A DNA stretch of 64,000 nucleotides from Oscillospiraceae bacterium (lineage in GTDB: Bacteria; Bacteroidota; Bacteroidia; Bacteroidales; WCHB1-69): contig CAVEXN010000011.1 in assembly GCA_963620035.1 (NCBI GenBank), forward strand, positions 149 through 64,148. The letters are read 5' to 3'. Every line of letters begins with the position of its first letter. The first letter of the stretch is position 1. A program made the translations under genes and the position numbers. Below the pieces are notes generated by a model. The model was not told the DNA's origin. It worked only from the letters and a program-made list of their open reading frames with translations, and ran no database searches. Below are positions 53,796 to 63,495 of the stretch, one piece after another.

Positions 53796-55583
53796 ATGAA
53801 AAACATCCGAAATTTCTGCATCATTGCCCATATAGACCATGGCAAAAGCACCTTGGCCGACCGTCTGCTGCAATACACCAAAACCGTCAACGAGCGTGAG
53901 TTCCAGAACCAGGTACTTGACGACATGGACCTCGAGCGCGAGCGCGGCATCACCATCAAGAGCCATGCCATTCAAATGGAATACCAATACAAAGGGCAGT
54001 CTTACATCCTCAACCTCATAGACACGCCGGGACATGTGGATTTCTCGTACGAGGTGTCGCGGTCCATTGCGGCTTGCGAGGGTGCGCTGCTGCTGGTGGA
54101 TGCCACGCAAGGCGTTCAGGCACAGACCATCTCGAACCTCTATCAGGCCATCGACAGCAACTTGGAAATCATACCCGTGCTGAACAAGATGGACATGCCC
54201 GCTGCCATGCCCGCAGAGGTCAAGGACCAGATTGTTGACCTTCTCGGCTGCGACGAGTCCGACATCATCGAAGCCTCAGGCAAAACGGGGCAAGGCGTGG
54301 AGCAGATCCTAGAGGCCATCATCGAACGCATCCCCGCCCCTGAGGGTGACCCTGACGCTCCGCTGCAGGCACTCATCTTCGACTCCATTTTCAACTCCTT
54401 CAGAGGCATCATCGCCTATTTCCGCATCTTCAACGGAACCGTCAGGACGCACGACCTCGTGAAGTTCATATCCACAAAAAAAGAATACGACGCGGACGAA
54501 ATCGGCATCCTGAAGATGGACCGCGTGCCCAAAGACACCTTGTCGGCGGGCGATGTCGGCTACCTTATCACGGGCATCAAAACCTCCACGGAGGTGAAAG
54601 TCGGCGATACCATCACCCATGTGGCGCGGCCTTGCTCCGAAGCCATCGAGGGATTCCAGGAGGTGAAGCCTATGCTGTTTGCCGGCATCTACCCTACCGA
54701 GGCCGACCAGTACGAAGAGTTGCGTTCCTCGCTTGAAAAGCTGCGCCTGAACGATGCTTCGCTCACCTTCGAGCCCGAATCGTCCGCCGCCCTCGGGTTC
54801 GGTTTCCGCTGCGGCTTTCTCGGACTTCTGCACATGGAAATCATTGAAGAGCGGCTCGACCGCGAGTTCGACCAGGACGTCATCGCCACCGTGCCCAACG
54901 TCTCGTACCGCGTGATGACCACAAAGAAACAGTGGCTGGAGGTATATAACCCCTCCGGAATGCCCGCCCCGACCGAAATCGACCATGTGGAAGAACCGTT
55001 CATCCGCGCCCAGATCATCACCAAGGACGACTATATCGGCCCCATCATGAAACTCTGCATCGACAAGCGCGGCTCGCTGGTCAACCAGATGTATGTGGCC
55101 GCCAACCGAATCGAACTGACCTTTGACATGCCGCTGGGCGAGATCGTCTTCGACTTCTATGACAAACTGAAAAGCATCTCCAAAGGATACGCCTCGTTCG
55201 ACTACCACATCACCGACTTCAAGCCCGCCAATCTGGTAAAACTGGACATCTTGCTGAACGGCGACTCCGTGGACGCCCTCTCGGCGCTCATTCATGCCGA
55301 CAACGCCTATGCGTTCGGCCGGCGCATCTGCGAAAAACTCAAAGAACTGATTCCGCGACAGCAGTTCGACATAGCCATACAGGCGGCCATCGGATCCAAA
55401 ATCATCGCACGTGAGACCGTCAAGGCCGTGCGCAAAGACGTAACCGCAAAGTGCTATGGCGGCGACATCACCCGGAAACGAAAACTACTTGAAAAACAGA
55501 AGAAAGGCAAAAAAAGAATGCGCCAGATCGGAAACGTAGAAGTGCCGCAGTCTGCTTTCCTTGCCGTACTCAAACTTGATTGA
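53796..55583 (+). CDS. lepA: translation elongation factor 4
   Basis: [38 protein letters not shown] and the C-terminal LepA-specific region ...[24 protein letters not shown]. 595 aa. Confidence 0.95.
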   Translation: MKNIRNFCIIAHIDHGKSTLADRLLQYTKTVNEREFQNQVLDDMDLERERGITIKSHAIQMEYQYKGQSYILNLIDTPGHVDFSYEVSRSIAACEGALLLVDATQGVQAQTISNLYQAIDSNLEIIPVLNKMDMPAAMPAEVKDQIVDLLGCDESDIIEASGKTGQGVEQILEAIIERIPAPEGDPDAPLQALIFDSIFNSFRGIIAYFRIFNGTVRTHDLVKFISTKKEYDADEIGILKMDRVPKDTLSAGDVGYLITGIKTSTEVKVGDTITHVARPCSEAIEGFQEVKPMLFAGIYPTEADQYEELRSSLEKLRLNDASLTFEPESSAALGFGFRCGFLGLLHMEIIEERLDREFDQDVIATVPNVSYRVMTTKKQWLEVYNPSGMPAPTEIDHVEEPFIRAQIITKDDYIGPIMKLCIDKRGSLVNQMYVAANRIELTFDMPLGEIVFDFYDKLKSISKGYASFDYHITDFKPANLVKLDILLNGDSVDALSALIHADNAYAFGRRICEKLKELIPRQQFDIAIQAAIGSKIIARETVKAVRKDVTAKCYGGDITRKRKLLEKQKKGKKRMRQIGNVEVPQSAFLAVLKLD

Positions 55584-55608
55584 CATCCAAGATTACAACA
55601 ACATAACC

Positions 55609-58476
55609 ATGACGACTACATTCTTGGCAGAACTGTCTGCCGCCATCAAAAAATCCGGCATCGCACTGGAAGAAACGTTCATCATATTGCCCAACAAGCG
55701 TGCGGGCAGAATCTTGTTTCAGCACCTGGCGTGCAGCGACAAGCCTGTTTTCGCGCCTGAGATCCTCACCATTGACGAGTTCATCAGCCACCTTTCGCCG
55801 CTCAAAGACATGGAGCAGACCGAGACGCTGGCACTCCTGTTTGAAGCCCAACAAACACTTTCGCCCGCCATTGCAGACGACTTCAACGAAATGCTTTCCT
55901 GGGCTCCGGCGTTTCTGTCTGACATCGAGGAAATAGACATGCAGCTACAGGACGGCGAATATGTGTTCCGGACGCTGGCCTTTGACAAAGAATTCTCCCT
56001 TGCCATGTCCGGACATTCAAAAGACAGCAAAGCCATGCAGGGAAAAATGGAACGTTATTCCCTTTTCGGCACGCTCTACACCACCTTCCACAATAAGATG
56101 CGAGAGGCGGGGAAATCATACCCCGGCTTCCGTTACCGCGACTGCGCCGAGAACATCGAAGCATACGCCAGTCATCCTGAATGGTCATCCAAGCATTTCA
56201 TCTTTGCCGGATTTCATGTATTCTCACCCGCCGAGATTGCCGTGGTCAAACACATAAAGGACCATTACGACACCGTATTCTACTTTGACATCGACCCGTT
56301 TTACTGCGACTTCAGTCAGGACGACCGGTTCACCACCGCATTCTTTCTCCGCAAAATCTGTCGGGAACTGGAACTTGCACCCGAGCGTCTTCAATTCTGC
56401 GAACGACACTTCGAATCGACAGACAAGCACATACAAGTTGTAGGCACTTCACAGAACGTCAACCAGATATACTTCGCCATAGAAAAAATAGAAGAGATTC
56501 GGAAGCGGCAGGGCAACTTGGACAGCACGGCGGTGGTGTTGGCTGACGAATCGTTGCTGGTGCCGTTCCTGTCAGCTTACGCCCATGAAGATGCGAATGT
56601 CACCATGGGCTATCCCTTTTCGTCCACCCCTGCCTACACGATGCTCAACACCCTGTTGGAACTTTACGGCGCCGCCACTGCCCTCCGCCTCCACAGCAGC
56701 GAAAAACTCCGCTACCATCGGCGCGACCTTTCCACTTTGTTGCACAACCCATTGGTGAAACGATATGCCTTTAACGACCTTAATACAGTCAGGAACACCG
56801 TCAACGACATTGCCCGGGGGTTCAAAGTGCTCTATACCCAAAGCGAACTGCCGGAAGGAACCTTACCTGCATTCACCACCGCCCCAAGCCATTGCCTCCC
56901 GGCACTCGTCAACTATACGGAACACCTTCTGCAACAAGCCGTTGAAAGGGAATCTCAACGAAATGCCGCCATGCTTTCCCTTTTGGCTGACGCACTGAGG
57001 AAAACGCAAGACACCCTACAGCAACTGAACGTACAGGACATCGATTTCGCATCGCTGAAATACCTCATCGGACTTCAGGCTGGCAGCATCTCCTTGCCCG
57101 TTACCGGCGGTTCACTGCAAGGATTGCAGATTATGGGACTGCTGGAAACGAGAACGCTCGACTTCGATAACGTCATCCTGCTGTCTGTCAACGAGGGAAT
57201 ACTGCCCAAAGGCATCAGCCAGAACACACTGCTGCCGTTCGAGTTAAAATACGATGCCCAATCGCTCCCCGGCTATCTGTACAAAGACCAGGTATATGCC
57301 TACCATTTCTTTCGGTTGCTGCAGCGTGCCAAAGACATCACGCTGCTCTACAACAGCAGTGTCAGCGACGGAACCTTGAACGAGAAAAGCCGCCTTATCG
57401 CCCAATTGGAGTTTATGGTTACAGAAAAAAGACTTGAGAACATCGAAATAAAGTATGTGGATACCGGACTTCCTTACCAGCCGGAAAAGCGGCACGCAAT
57501 AACCGTCGAAAAAAACGACGAAATCATAGGACAGATCCGCAATTTCAAATTCTCGCCCACCTCATTCAACAAATACCTCAATTGTCCCTTGCAGTTTTAT
57601 TTCAGCTGCATCAGAAAAATTAACGCCCCTGACACATTCTGCGACATCACAGACAGCAACATCATCGGGGATGCCGTACACAACTGCTACTGCGACGTTT
57701 TCAACAAAATAAAGCAATCACCGGCAGATTATGCCAACATCATTGACGACTTTATCCGGGAGGACAACCTTTACGGAAACATCCGTAAAAAATTGTTGGA
57801 TAACAAAAACCTGAAACTCAACGAAAGCGATCTTGCGTCCGGGAGACCCTATTTGGCCATACGCATCATCTCCAACGACGTACGCTCCTACCTTACCGCA
57901 GCAAAAAAAGAACTGGAGGCCGGCGGCATTACCATACTCGGCAATGAGCAAGCGTTGGGAACAAGTAGGAAGATTGATGGTTTTGACATCCGGCTGGAAG
58001 GGGAAATAGACCGGATACAAGACGAAAACGGCATCCTGACCGTACTCGACTACAAGACAGGAAGCGTCCAAGCCAAATTAAAAGCCTATCTGAACGAGCC
58101 GGAATCGGTTTTCGACGGCAAAGACCACGACCAATTCGTGCAACTCTTATTCTATATGATTCTGTGCCGTCATTCCGACAATGAAATCTTCAAAGACATC
58201 GACCGACAGAACTGCCGGTACAAGAGCGGCATCATCAGCATCAAAGAAGCGAACAAACAGAACAGTGAATACCTGCACTATGCCGTCATTTCTTCAAGAA
58301 AGAGAGAGAAGAAAGACATACACCAGACTTTCGACAACAAAACCTTGGATGTTTTTGAAAATGAGATGGACAACATTCTGAAAAAATTATTGGACAAGGA
58401 GAATCCTTTTTTCCAGACCACAGAGGAAAAACATTGCAAATACTGCGACTTCAAAGTCATCTGCAACCGGCAGTGA
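55609..58476 (+). CDS. AddB-like PD-(D/E)XK nuclease family protein with Fe-S 'iron staple' cysteines
   Basis: Trimmed to MTTTFLAEL. Nuclease core IDRIQDENGILTVLDYKTG. One upstream Cys (YLNCPLQFYF) plus the C-terminal CKYCDFKVIC (CxxCxxxxC). 955 aa. No intact Walker A seen. Confidence 0.65.
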   Translation: MTTTFLAELSAAIKKSGIALEETFIILPNKRAGRILFQHLACSDKPVFAPEILTIDEFISHLSPLKDMEQTETLALLFEAQQTLSPAIADDFNEMLSWAPAFLSDIEEIDMQLQDGEYVFRTLAFDKEFSLAMSGHSKDSKAMQGKMERYSLFGTLYTTFHNKMREAGKSYPGFRYRDCAENIEAYASHPEWSSKHFIFAGFHVFSPAEIAVVKHIKDHYDTVFYFDIDPFYCDFSQDDRFTTAFFLRKICRELELAPERLQFCERHFESTDKHIQVVGTSQNVNQIYFAIEKIEEIRKRQGNLDSTAVVLADESLLVPFLSAYAHEDANVTMGYPFSSTPAYTMLNTLLELYGAATALRLHSSEKLRYHRRDLSTLLHNPLVKRYAFNDLNTVRNTVNDIARGFKVLYTQSELPEGTLPAFTTAPSHCLPALVNYTEHLLQQAVERESQRNAAMLSLLADALRKTQDTLQQLNVQDIDFASLKYLIGLQAGSISLPVTGGSLQGLQIMGLLETRTLDFDNVILLSVNEGILPKGISQNTLLPFELKYDAQSLPGYLYKDQVYAYHFFRLLQRAKDITLLYNSSVSDGTLNEKSRLIAQLEFMVTEKRLENIEIKYVDTGLPYQPEKRHAITVEKNDEIIGQIRNFKFSPTSFNKYLNCPLQFYFSCIRKINAPDTFCDITDSNIIGDAVHNCYCDVFNKIKQSPADYANIIDDFIREDNLYGNIRKKLLDNKNLKLNESDLASGRPYLAIRIISNDVRSYLTAAKKELEAGGITILGNEQALGTSRKIDGFDIRLEGEIDRIQDENGILTVLDYKTGSVQAKLKAYLNEPESVFDGKDHDQFVQLLFYMILCRHSDNEIFKDIDRQNCRYKSGIISIKEANKQNSEYLHYAVISSRKREKKDIHQTFDNKTLDVFENEMDNILKKLLDKENPFFQTTEEKHCKYCDFKVICNRQ

Positions 58477-58643
58477 TGCAATCATCGACATAAAAAACAA
58501 TCGCCCGTGCAAACCTTTCATAATAGCGAGAGCATTCTTCACAGGCCCTTGTATCCATCAACAAAATACAATTCAGGCTGCAACAATAAATACTAAAGGG
58601 GCGGGGTTGTCGTTATGTGAAACGTATTATTGGTATTTGGAAG

Positions 58644-59630
58644 ATGAAACACTACTACTTGCTTGCGCTGATTTCAATATGCCTGCTCACTGCAGGATGC
58701 AACAGCCGTACAAAAGACAACCGTACCGAACCCGAGAAACCCGCCGTTGCAATACCGGCCTTTGACTGCGATTCCGCATACAGTTTCGTAGCGGCGCAAA
58801 CCGCGTTCGGCCCGCGCGTTCCCGGCAGCGACGGCCACGCCCAATGCGCCCTTTTTCTGCTGCATAAACTCTCGCAGTATTGCGACACGGCACATATCCA
58901 GACTTTTCCGGCCGTCACATACGACGGCAAACATCATACCGGAAAGAACATCATAGGCTCGTTCTCGCCCGAAAAGAGCGAGCGCGTAGTGCTCGCCTCA
59001 CATTGGGACTCCCGCCCCTTTGCCGACCATGATGCCTCTCCGTCCAACCTCAACAAGCCTATAGACGGCGCCAACGACGGCGCCTCCGGCGTAGGAGTTC
59101 TGCTCGAAGCGGCGCGCCAACTCCAGATGCAACGCCCCAAAATAGGCATCGACATCGTATTCTTCGACTTAGAAGACTACGGGCCCAAAGAAGGCGAGAC
59201 AGCCCCGGACGGCGACTGGTGGGGTTTAGGTTCTCAATATTGGGCACAGCATCTGCACCGCCCCGGCTATATGGCACGGTACGGCATACTCCTGGACATG
59301 GTAGGAGCAGCCGGCGCACGCTTCTATCAGGAGAGTTTCTCCGTTCGCGATGCCCAGCCCGTCGTGGCCAAGGTATGGTCTGCCGCCTACGAACTCGGAC
59401 ACGGCGAATATTTCATCAACCAGCCCGGCGGCATCATCACCGACGACCATTACTATGTCAACAAATACGCACCGTTCAAAATGATAGACATCATCCATTA
59501 TGACCGTCATTCAGGAACGGGATTCCCCTCAACATGGCATACCCTCAACGACAACGTCCAAAACATTGACAAGACGACATTGGGCGTAGTGGGGACCACG
59601 GTGCTTCACGTCATCAGAAACGAAAAATGA
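58644..59630 (+). CDS. M28-fold glutaminyl-peptide cyclotransferase (animal-type QC) lipoprotein
   Basis: Trimmed to MKHYYLLALISICLLTAG|CNS. SHWDSRPFADHD, DGANDGASGVGVLLEAAR, IVFFDLEDYG and DDH fit the pattern of the Porphyromonas-type glutaminyl cyclase / M28 family. Confidence 0.7.
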   Translation: MKHYYLLALISICLLTAGCNSRTKDNRTEPEKPAVAIPAFDCDSAYSFVAAQTAFGPRVPGSDGHAQCALFLLHKLSQYCDTAHIQTFPAVTYDGKHHTGKNIIGSFSPEKSERVVLASHWDSRPFADHDASPSNLNKPIDGANDGASGVGVLLEAARQLQMQRPKIGIDIVFFDLEDYGPKEGETAPDGDWWGLGSQYWAQHLHRPGYMARYGILLDMVGAAGARFYQESFSVRDAQPVVAKVWSAAYELGHGEYFINQPGGIITDDHYYVNKYAPFKMIDIIHYDRHSGTGFPSTWHTLNDNVQNIDKTTLGVVGTTVLHVIRNEK

Positions 59631-60916
59631 AACAATACAAAGTCTTCAAGTTCGGTGGAGCTTCGGTGAGAGACGCTGCCGCCATCGAAAATCTCCGGAA
59701 CATCCTTCAACGATATCCCGAGGATCCTCTTGCCGTCGTCATATCGGCCATCGGCAAGACCACAAACTTTCTTGAAAAGACCTTAGACGCATATTACCAT
59801 CGTCCTCAAGAGGCACTCCGGATGGCAGACGAACTGCAACAGCACCATGAACGGATCGCCCAAGGACTGCTTGCTGAACCGGAGGCGCTGAACGCGACCA
59901 TACGCCCTCTGTTCGACAAACTTCGCACACGGCTCAAGACCCAACACTCCAACAACTACGACTTCGACTACGACCAGATTGTCAGTTACGGGGAACTTCT
60001 TTCCACCACACTCATATCGGAATACCTCAACCAATCGGGAGTCTCCAACACCTGGCTGGACGCACGCCGCCTGATGCGCACCGACAGCACCTACCGCGAA
60101 GGGCATATCCTATGGGATGCGACTACAGCACAAATAAGGGATGCCGTGTCAGGACAAGAAAACAGGATTGTCATCACACAAGGCTTCATCGGCGGAACGG
60201 CAGAATGTCTGACGACCACATTAGGCCGGGAAGGGTCAGACTTCTCGGCCGCCGTTATGGCTTACGCCCTTGATGCCGAAAGCTTAACAATATGGAAAGA
60301 CGTGCCCGGCTTACTCAATGCCGACCCGAAACGTTTCCCCGATGCCGTAAGGCTGCCCCGTATCCCCTACGAAGAGGCCGTCGAACTCTCATTCTACGGG
60401 GCCTCCGTCATACACCCCAAGACCTTAAAGCCGCTACAAAACAAGGGCATTCCGCTGTATGTCAAGTCCTTTTTCCGTCCAGACGATGAAGGGAGCGTCA
60501 TCACGGCATGCACCGTTTTTTCAGAAACGCCCTCATTCATCGTCAAAGACCGGCAGACCCTGATCACCATCTCGCCACGCGACTTCTCCTTTATGGATGT
60601 CGACAACCTGTCAGAAATCTTCTCACAATTCTCGACATTCAGAATCCGCATCAATATGATGCAGAACTCGGCACTCAGCCTCTCCGTCTGCACCGAATCC
60701 GACAAAAACCGTGTCCGCCGGTGTATGGATGCCTTGAAAGAACGCTATAAAGTCAAATACAACGAAGACGTTGACCTGGTCACCATACGGCACTACAACC
60801 AAGAGGCCATAGACCGGGTGTTGGCAGGGCGAGAGGTGCTGTTGGAGCAGACCAGCCGCAGCACCACGCAGTTCGTGACGAAAGGTTTTTCCGCCGGAGC
60901 AGACATCAACAGTTAA
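59627..60916 (+). CDS. lysC: aspartate kinase
   Basis: VFKFGGASVRDAAAIENL, VVISAIGKTTN, TTLGREGSDFSAAVMA, IWKDVPGLLNADPK and C-terminal ACT-like repeats. ATGA overlap with the upstream stop. Confidence 0.9.
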   Translation: MKQYKVFKFGGASVRDAAAIENLRNILQRYPEDPLAVVISAIGKTTNFLEKTLDAYYHRPQEALRMADELQQHHERIAQGLLAEPEALNATIRPLFDKLRTRLKTQHSNNYDFDYDQIVSYGELLSTTLISEYLNQSGVSNTWLDARRLMRTDSTYREGHILWDATTAQIRDAVSGQENRIVITQGFIGGTAECLTTTLGREGSDFSAAVMAYALDAESLTIWKDVPGLLNADPKRFPDAVRLPRIPYEEAVELSFYGASVIHPKTLKPLQNKGIPLYVKSFFRPDDEGSVITACTVFSETPSFIVKDRQTLITISPRDFSFMDVDNLSEIFSQFSTFRIRINMMQNSALSLSVCTESDKNRVRRCMDALKERYKVKYNEDVDLVTIRHYNQEAIDRVLAGREVLLEQTSRSTTQFVTKGFSAGADINS

Positions 60917-60956
60917 CAACCACAAAAGAACCAATACATATTTCACACGTAACAAT

Positions 60957-62060
60957 ATGAAAAACAGATTCCTTATCAGCGGCGGCGGCACAGGAGGACA
61001 CATCTTCCCGGCACTGGCTATCGCCAACAAAATAAAGAAAGAGAATCCGGAAGCTCAAATCCTGTTTATCGGGGCACGTGACAAGATGGAAATGAAGCGT
61101 ATGCCCGAAGCGGGATATCCCATTGAGGGCCTCGAGATTTACGGCATCAGCCGGGACTTTTCCTTGAAAGGGCTCGGCAAAAACATCAAACTGCCGTTTG
61201 TTCTTATGTCTGCTATGAGGAAAGCACGGATGATAATCAAAGAGTTCAAACCCGACGTTGCCATAGGTGTAGGCGGATTCGCATCAGGGCCGGCACTGAA
61301 AGCAGCCGACCAAATGGGCATTCCCACCCTGTTGCAAGAGCAGAACTCCTACCCCGGCATCACCAACAAAATGCTGGCGGCAAAAGCAAAGCGGATCTGT
61401 GTGGCATACGACGGTCTGGAAAAGTATTTCCCGGCAGAGAAAATCATACGTACCGGCAACCCCGTAAGGGCTGAAATCCTCAATCTGAAACGCAAAGACC
61501 CCAATGCCTACAAAATCTTTGATTTCTCGCCCGAAAAGAAAACGGTGCTTGTCGTTGGCGGCAGTCTTGGCGCACGCACCCTCAACGAGACGATGGCTGC
61601 GCACCTTGACGATTTCCGGGAAGCCGACCTCCAACTGTTATGGCAGACCGGCGAGCAATTCTACCTCAACATGGACTCCTCGCTGCTGGCTCAACAAGAC
61701 GACCATGTACGCATCCTCCCGTTCATCCGCAACATGAACGACGCATACAGTATGGCCGACATCATCATCTCCCGCGCCGGAGCCCTGGCCATCTCTGAAC
61801 TCGCCATCGTCGGCGTGCCCTCCATTTTAGTGCCGTTCCCGTTTGCGGCCGAAGACCATCAGACCTACAACGCAAAAGCGCTCTCGTCGCAAGATGCCGC
61901 CGTATTAGTGCCCGACTCGCAAGCCCGGGCGGAATTGATCCCTACCCTTATGGAATTGGCAAACAATCCTCAACGATGCGAAAAGATGGGACACAACCTG
62001 CGCAAGTTCGCCCAACCGGATGCCATAAACCTGATTTACAAGGAAATAGAAAAACTGTAA
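60957..62060 (+). CDS. murG: UDP-N-acetylglucosamine--N-acetylmuramyl-(pentapeptide) pyrophosphoryl-undecaprenol N-acetylglucosamine transferase
   Basis: ISGGGTGGHIFPALAIA, GVGGFASGPALKAA, LVVGGSLGAR, ISRAGALAISEL and DHQTYNAKAL. 367 aa. Confidence 0.9.
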   Translation: MKNRFLISGGGTGGHIFPALAIANKIKKENPEAQILFIGARDKMEMKRMPEAGYPIEGLEIYGISRDFSLKGLGKNIKLPFVLMSAMRKARMIIKEFKPDVAIGVGGFASGPALKAADQMGIPTLLQEQNSYPGITNKMLAAKAKRICVAYDGLEKYFPAEKIIRTGNPVRAEILNLKRKDPNAYKIFDFSPEKKTVLVVGGSLGARTLNETMAAHLDDFREADLQLLWQTGEQFYLNMDSSLLAQQDDHVRILPFIRNMNDAYSMADIIISRAGALAISELAIVGVPSILVPFPFAAEDHQTYNAKALSSQDAAVLVPDSQARAELIPTLMELANNPQRCEKMGHNLRKFAQPDAINLIYKEIEKL

Positions 62061-62080
62061 CCAACGCTCAAGTCTCAATT

Positions 62081-62662
62081 ATGCCGTACGACATTGACTT
62101 GCTGAAATTTAAACAGACAGAATTTGAGCCTACCGCCGGCAGGATACTGATTTCTGTCCCATACAGCAACGATGCTTTCTTCAACCGCACAGTGGTACTC
62201 CTGACAGATTATGGTCCGGAAGTCACCGCCGGACTTATTCTCAACCGTAAATTGCGCTGCCGCGTCAACCAACTGGCGGACGGAATCAGGTCTGACGCTC
62301 CGTTGTACGTCGGCGGTCCCGTCAGGCCGCAGCATCTCTTTCTGCTGCACAACTTTGAAAGTTGCAGTTCAGCTTTTAAAGTCGCGCCCGGTCTTTTCGT
62401 CGGTTACGACAACACCATGCTGGCTCTTATCGAACACAACGCCATTCCCACTATGCAATACCGTTTCCTGTTAGGATATGCCGGATGGAGTCCGGGGCAG
62501 TTGGAGGAAGAACTGTGCGACAACCGCTGGGTTGTCGGGAATCCTACACCGGAACTTGTTTTCAAGACCGAACCCGAAAAAATCTGGTCAAAAGCCGTGA
62601 CCATATTGGGAGATGACTATTGGCATTGGCTTAAAATTCCTAAAGATATCCACGCTAATTGA
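62081..62662 (+). CDS. YqgE/AlgH family protein
   Basis: Trimmed to MPYDIDLLKF. GRILISVPYSNDAFFNRTVVLLTDYGPEVTAGLILNR, VGGPV and GYAGWSPGQLEEEL. Confidence 0.85.
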   Translation: MPYDIDLLKFKQTEFEPTAGRILISVPYSNDAFFNRTVVLLTDYGPEVTAGLILNRKLRCRVNQLADGIRSDAPLYVGGPVRPQHLFLLHNFESCSSAFKVAPGLFVGYDNTMLALIEHNAIPTMQYRFLLGYAGWSPGQLEEELCDNRWVVGNPTPELVFKTEPEKIWSKAVTILGDDYWHWLKIPKDIHAN

Positions 62663-62670
62663 GGAAAGGC

Positions 62671-63318
62671 ATGAAAAACACCCTCGCAATCATTTTCCTG
62701 CTCTCTGTGACCGCTTCGCTTTACGGGCAGCGTTCCACCACCTCCAGCAACTTCCGGGGCGGAGTTCGTGCAGGTATGACCGCCACACAGATCTCAGGCG
62801 ACGACCTTATGGGATTTCATCAGGTCGGTGCCACAGCAGGAGTCTTTGCCGCATATCCCCTCACCGACCGCGACAACCTGAAACTGCAGGCGGAGATTGA
62901 CTTCACTATGAAAGGCAGCCGCAACTACACACCGCCCAGACAAGCGGCAGACCCCGGCGCAAAATATGTACTCACGCTCGGATACCTTGAACTGCCCATA
63001 CTGCTGAAATGGAAATTCGCCCGGATTACCATTATGGGGAACAGTGACTTCGAATTTGAAGCAGGTCCCTTGTTCGGCATCAACATCTTCAAGAAAGAGC
63101 GTGACGTTTACGGCATCATCAACGGCAGGCCCGACTTCCGCACCTTTGAGTTTTCCGCCGTGGCCGGGCTGTCTTGGATGTTCAACGAACATCATGGGCT
63201 GAGTTTCCGCTATGCCAACTCCATCATCCCGGTCAGGATTCCTAACTGGGTCATCAACAGGAGAATAAAGAAACAATACAATTCCGTATTACTGTTCAGT
63301 TATTTCTACCAGTTCTGA
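62671..63318 (+). CDS. small outer-membrane beta-barrel protein (porin-family / PorT-like)
   Basis: The track start at 62659 is TTG, so I prefer the ATG at 62671. Signal peptide ...VTASLYG|QRS. GGVRAGMTATQISGD...LGYLELPILLKW...FSYFYQF (C-terminal Phe). Confidence 0.6.
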   Translation: MKNTLAIIFLLSVTASLYGQRSTTSSNFRGGVRAGMTATQISGDDLMGFHQVGATAGVFAAYPLTDRDNLKLQAEIDFTMKGSRNYTPPRQAADPGAKYVLTLGYLELPILLKWKFARITIMGNSDFEFEAGPLFGINIFKKERDVYGIINGRPDFRTFEFSAVAGLSWMFNEHHGLSFRYANSIIPVRIPNWVINRRIKKQYNSVLLFSYFYQF

Positions 63319-63495
63319 CCATGACCGCACGCAAACCTTTTGACATCCGGCAAAGCCATCCCTCACCAAGGAGCGGACCGGCTTACGTACTGCCGGCAGA
63401 AGCATGTTTGCGCAATCATTTCCAAAACCATTTTGCGGAAAAGAAAAAAAACGACCAGCAACCCAAGGTTCTTTCCTTGAAATCCGTTTATAAAG

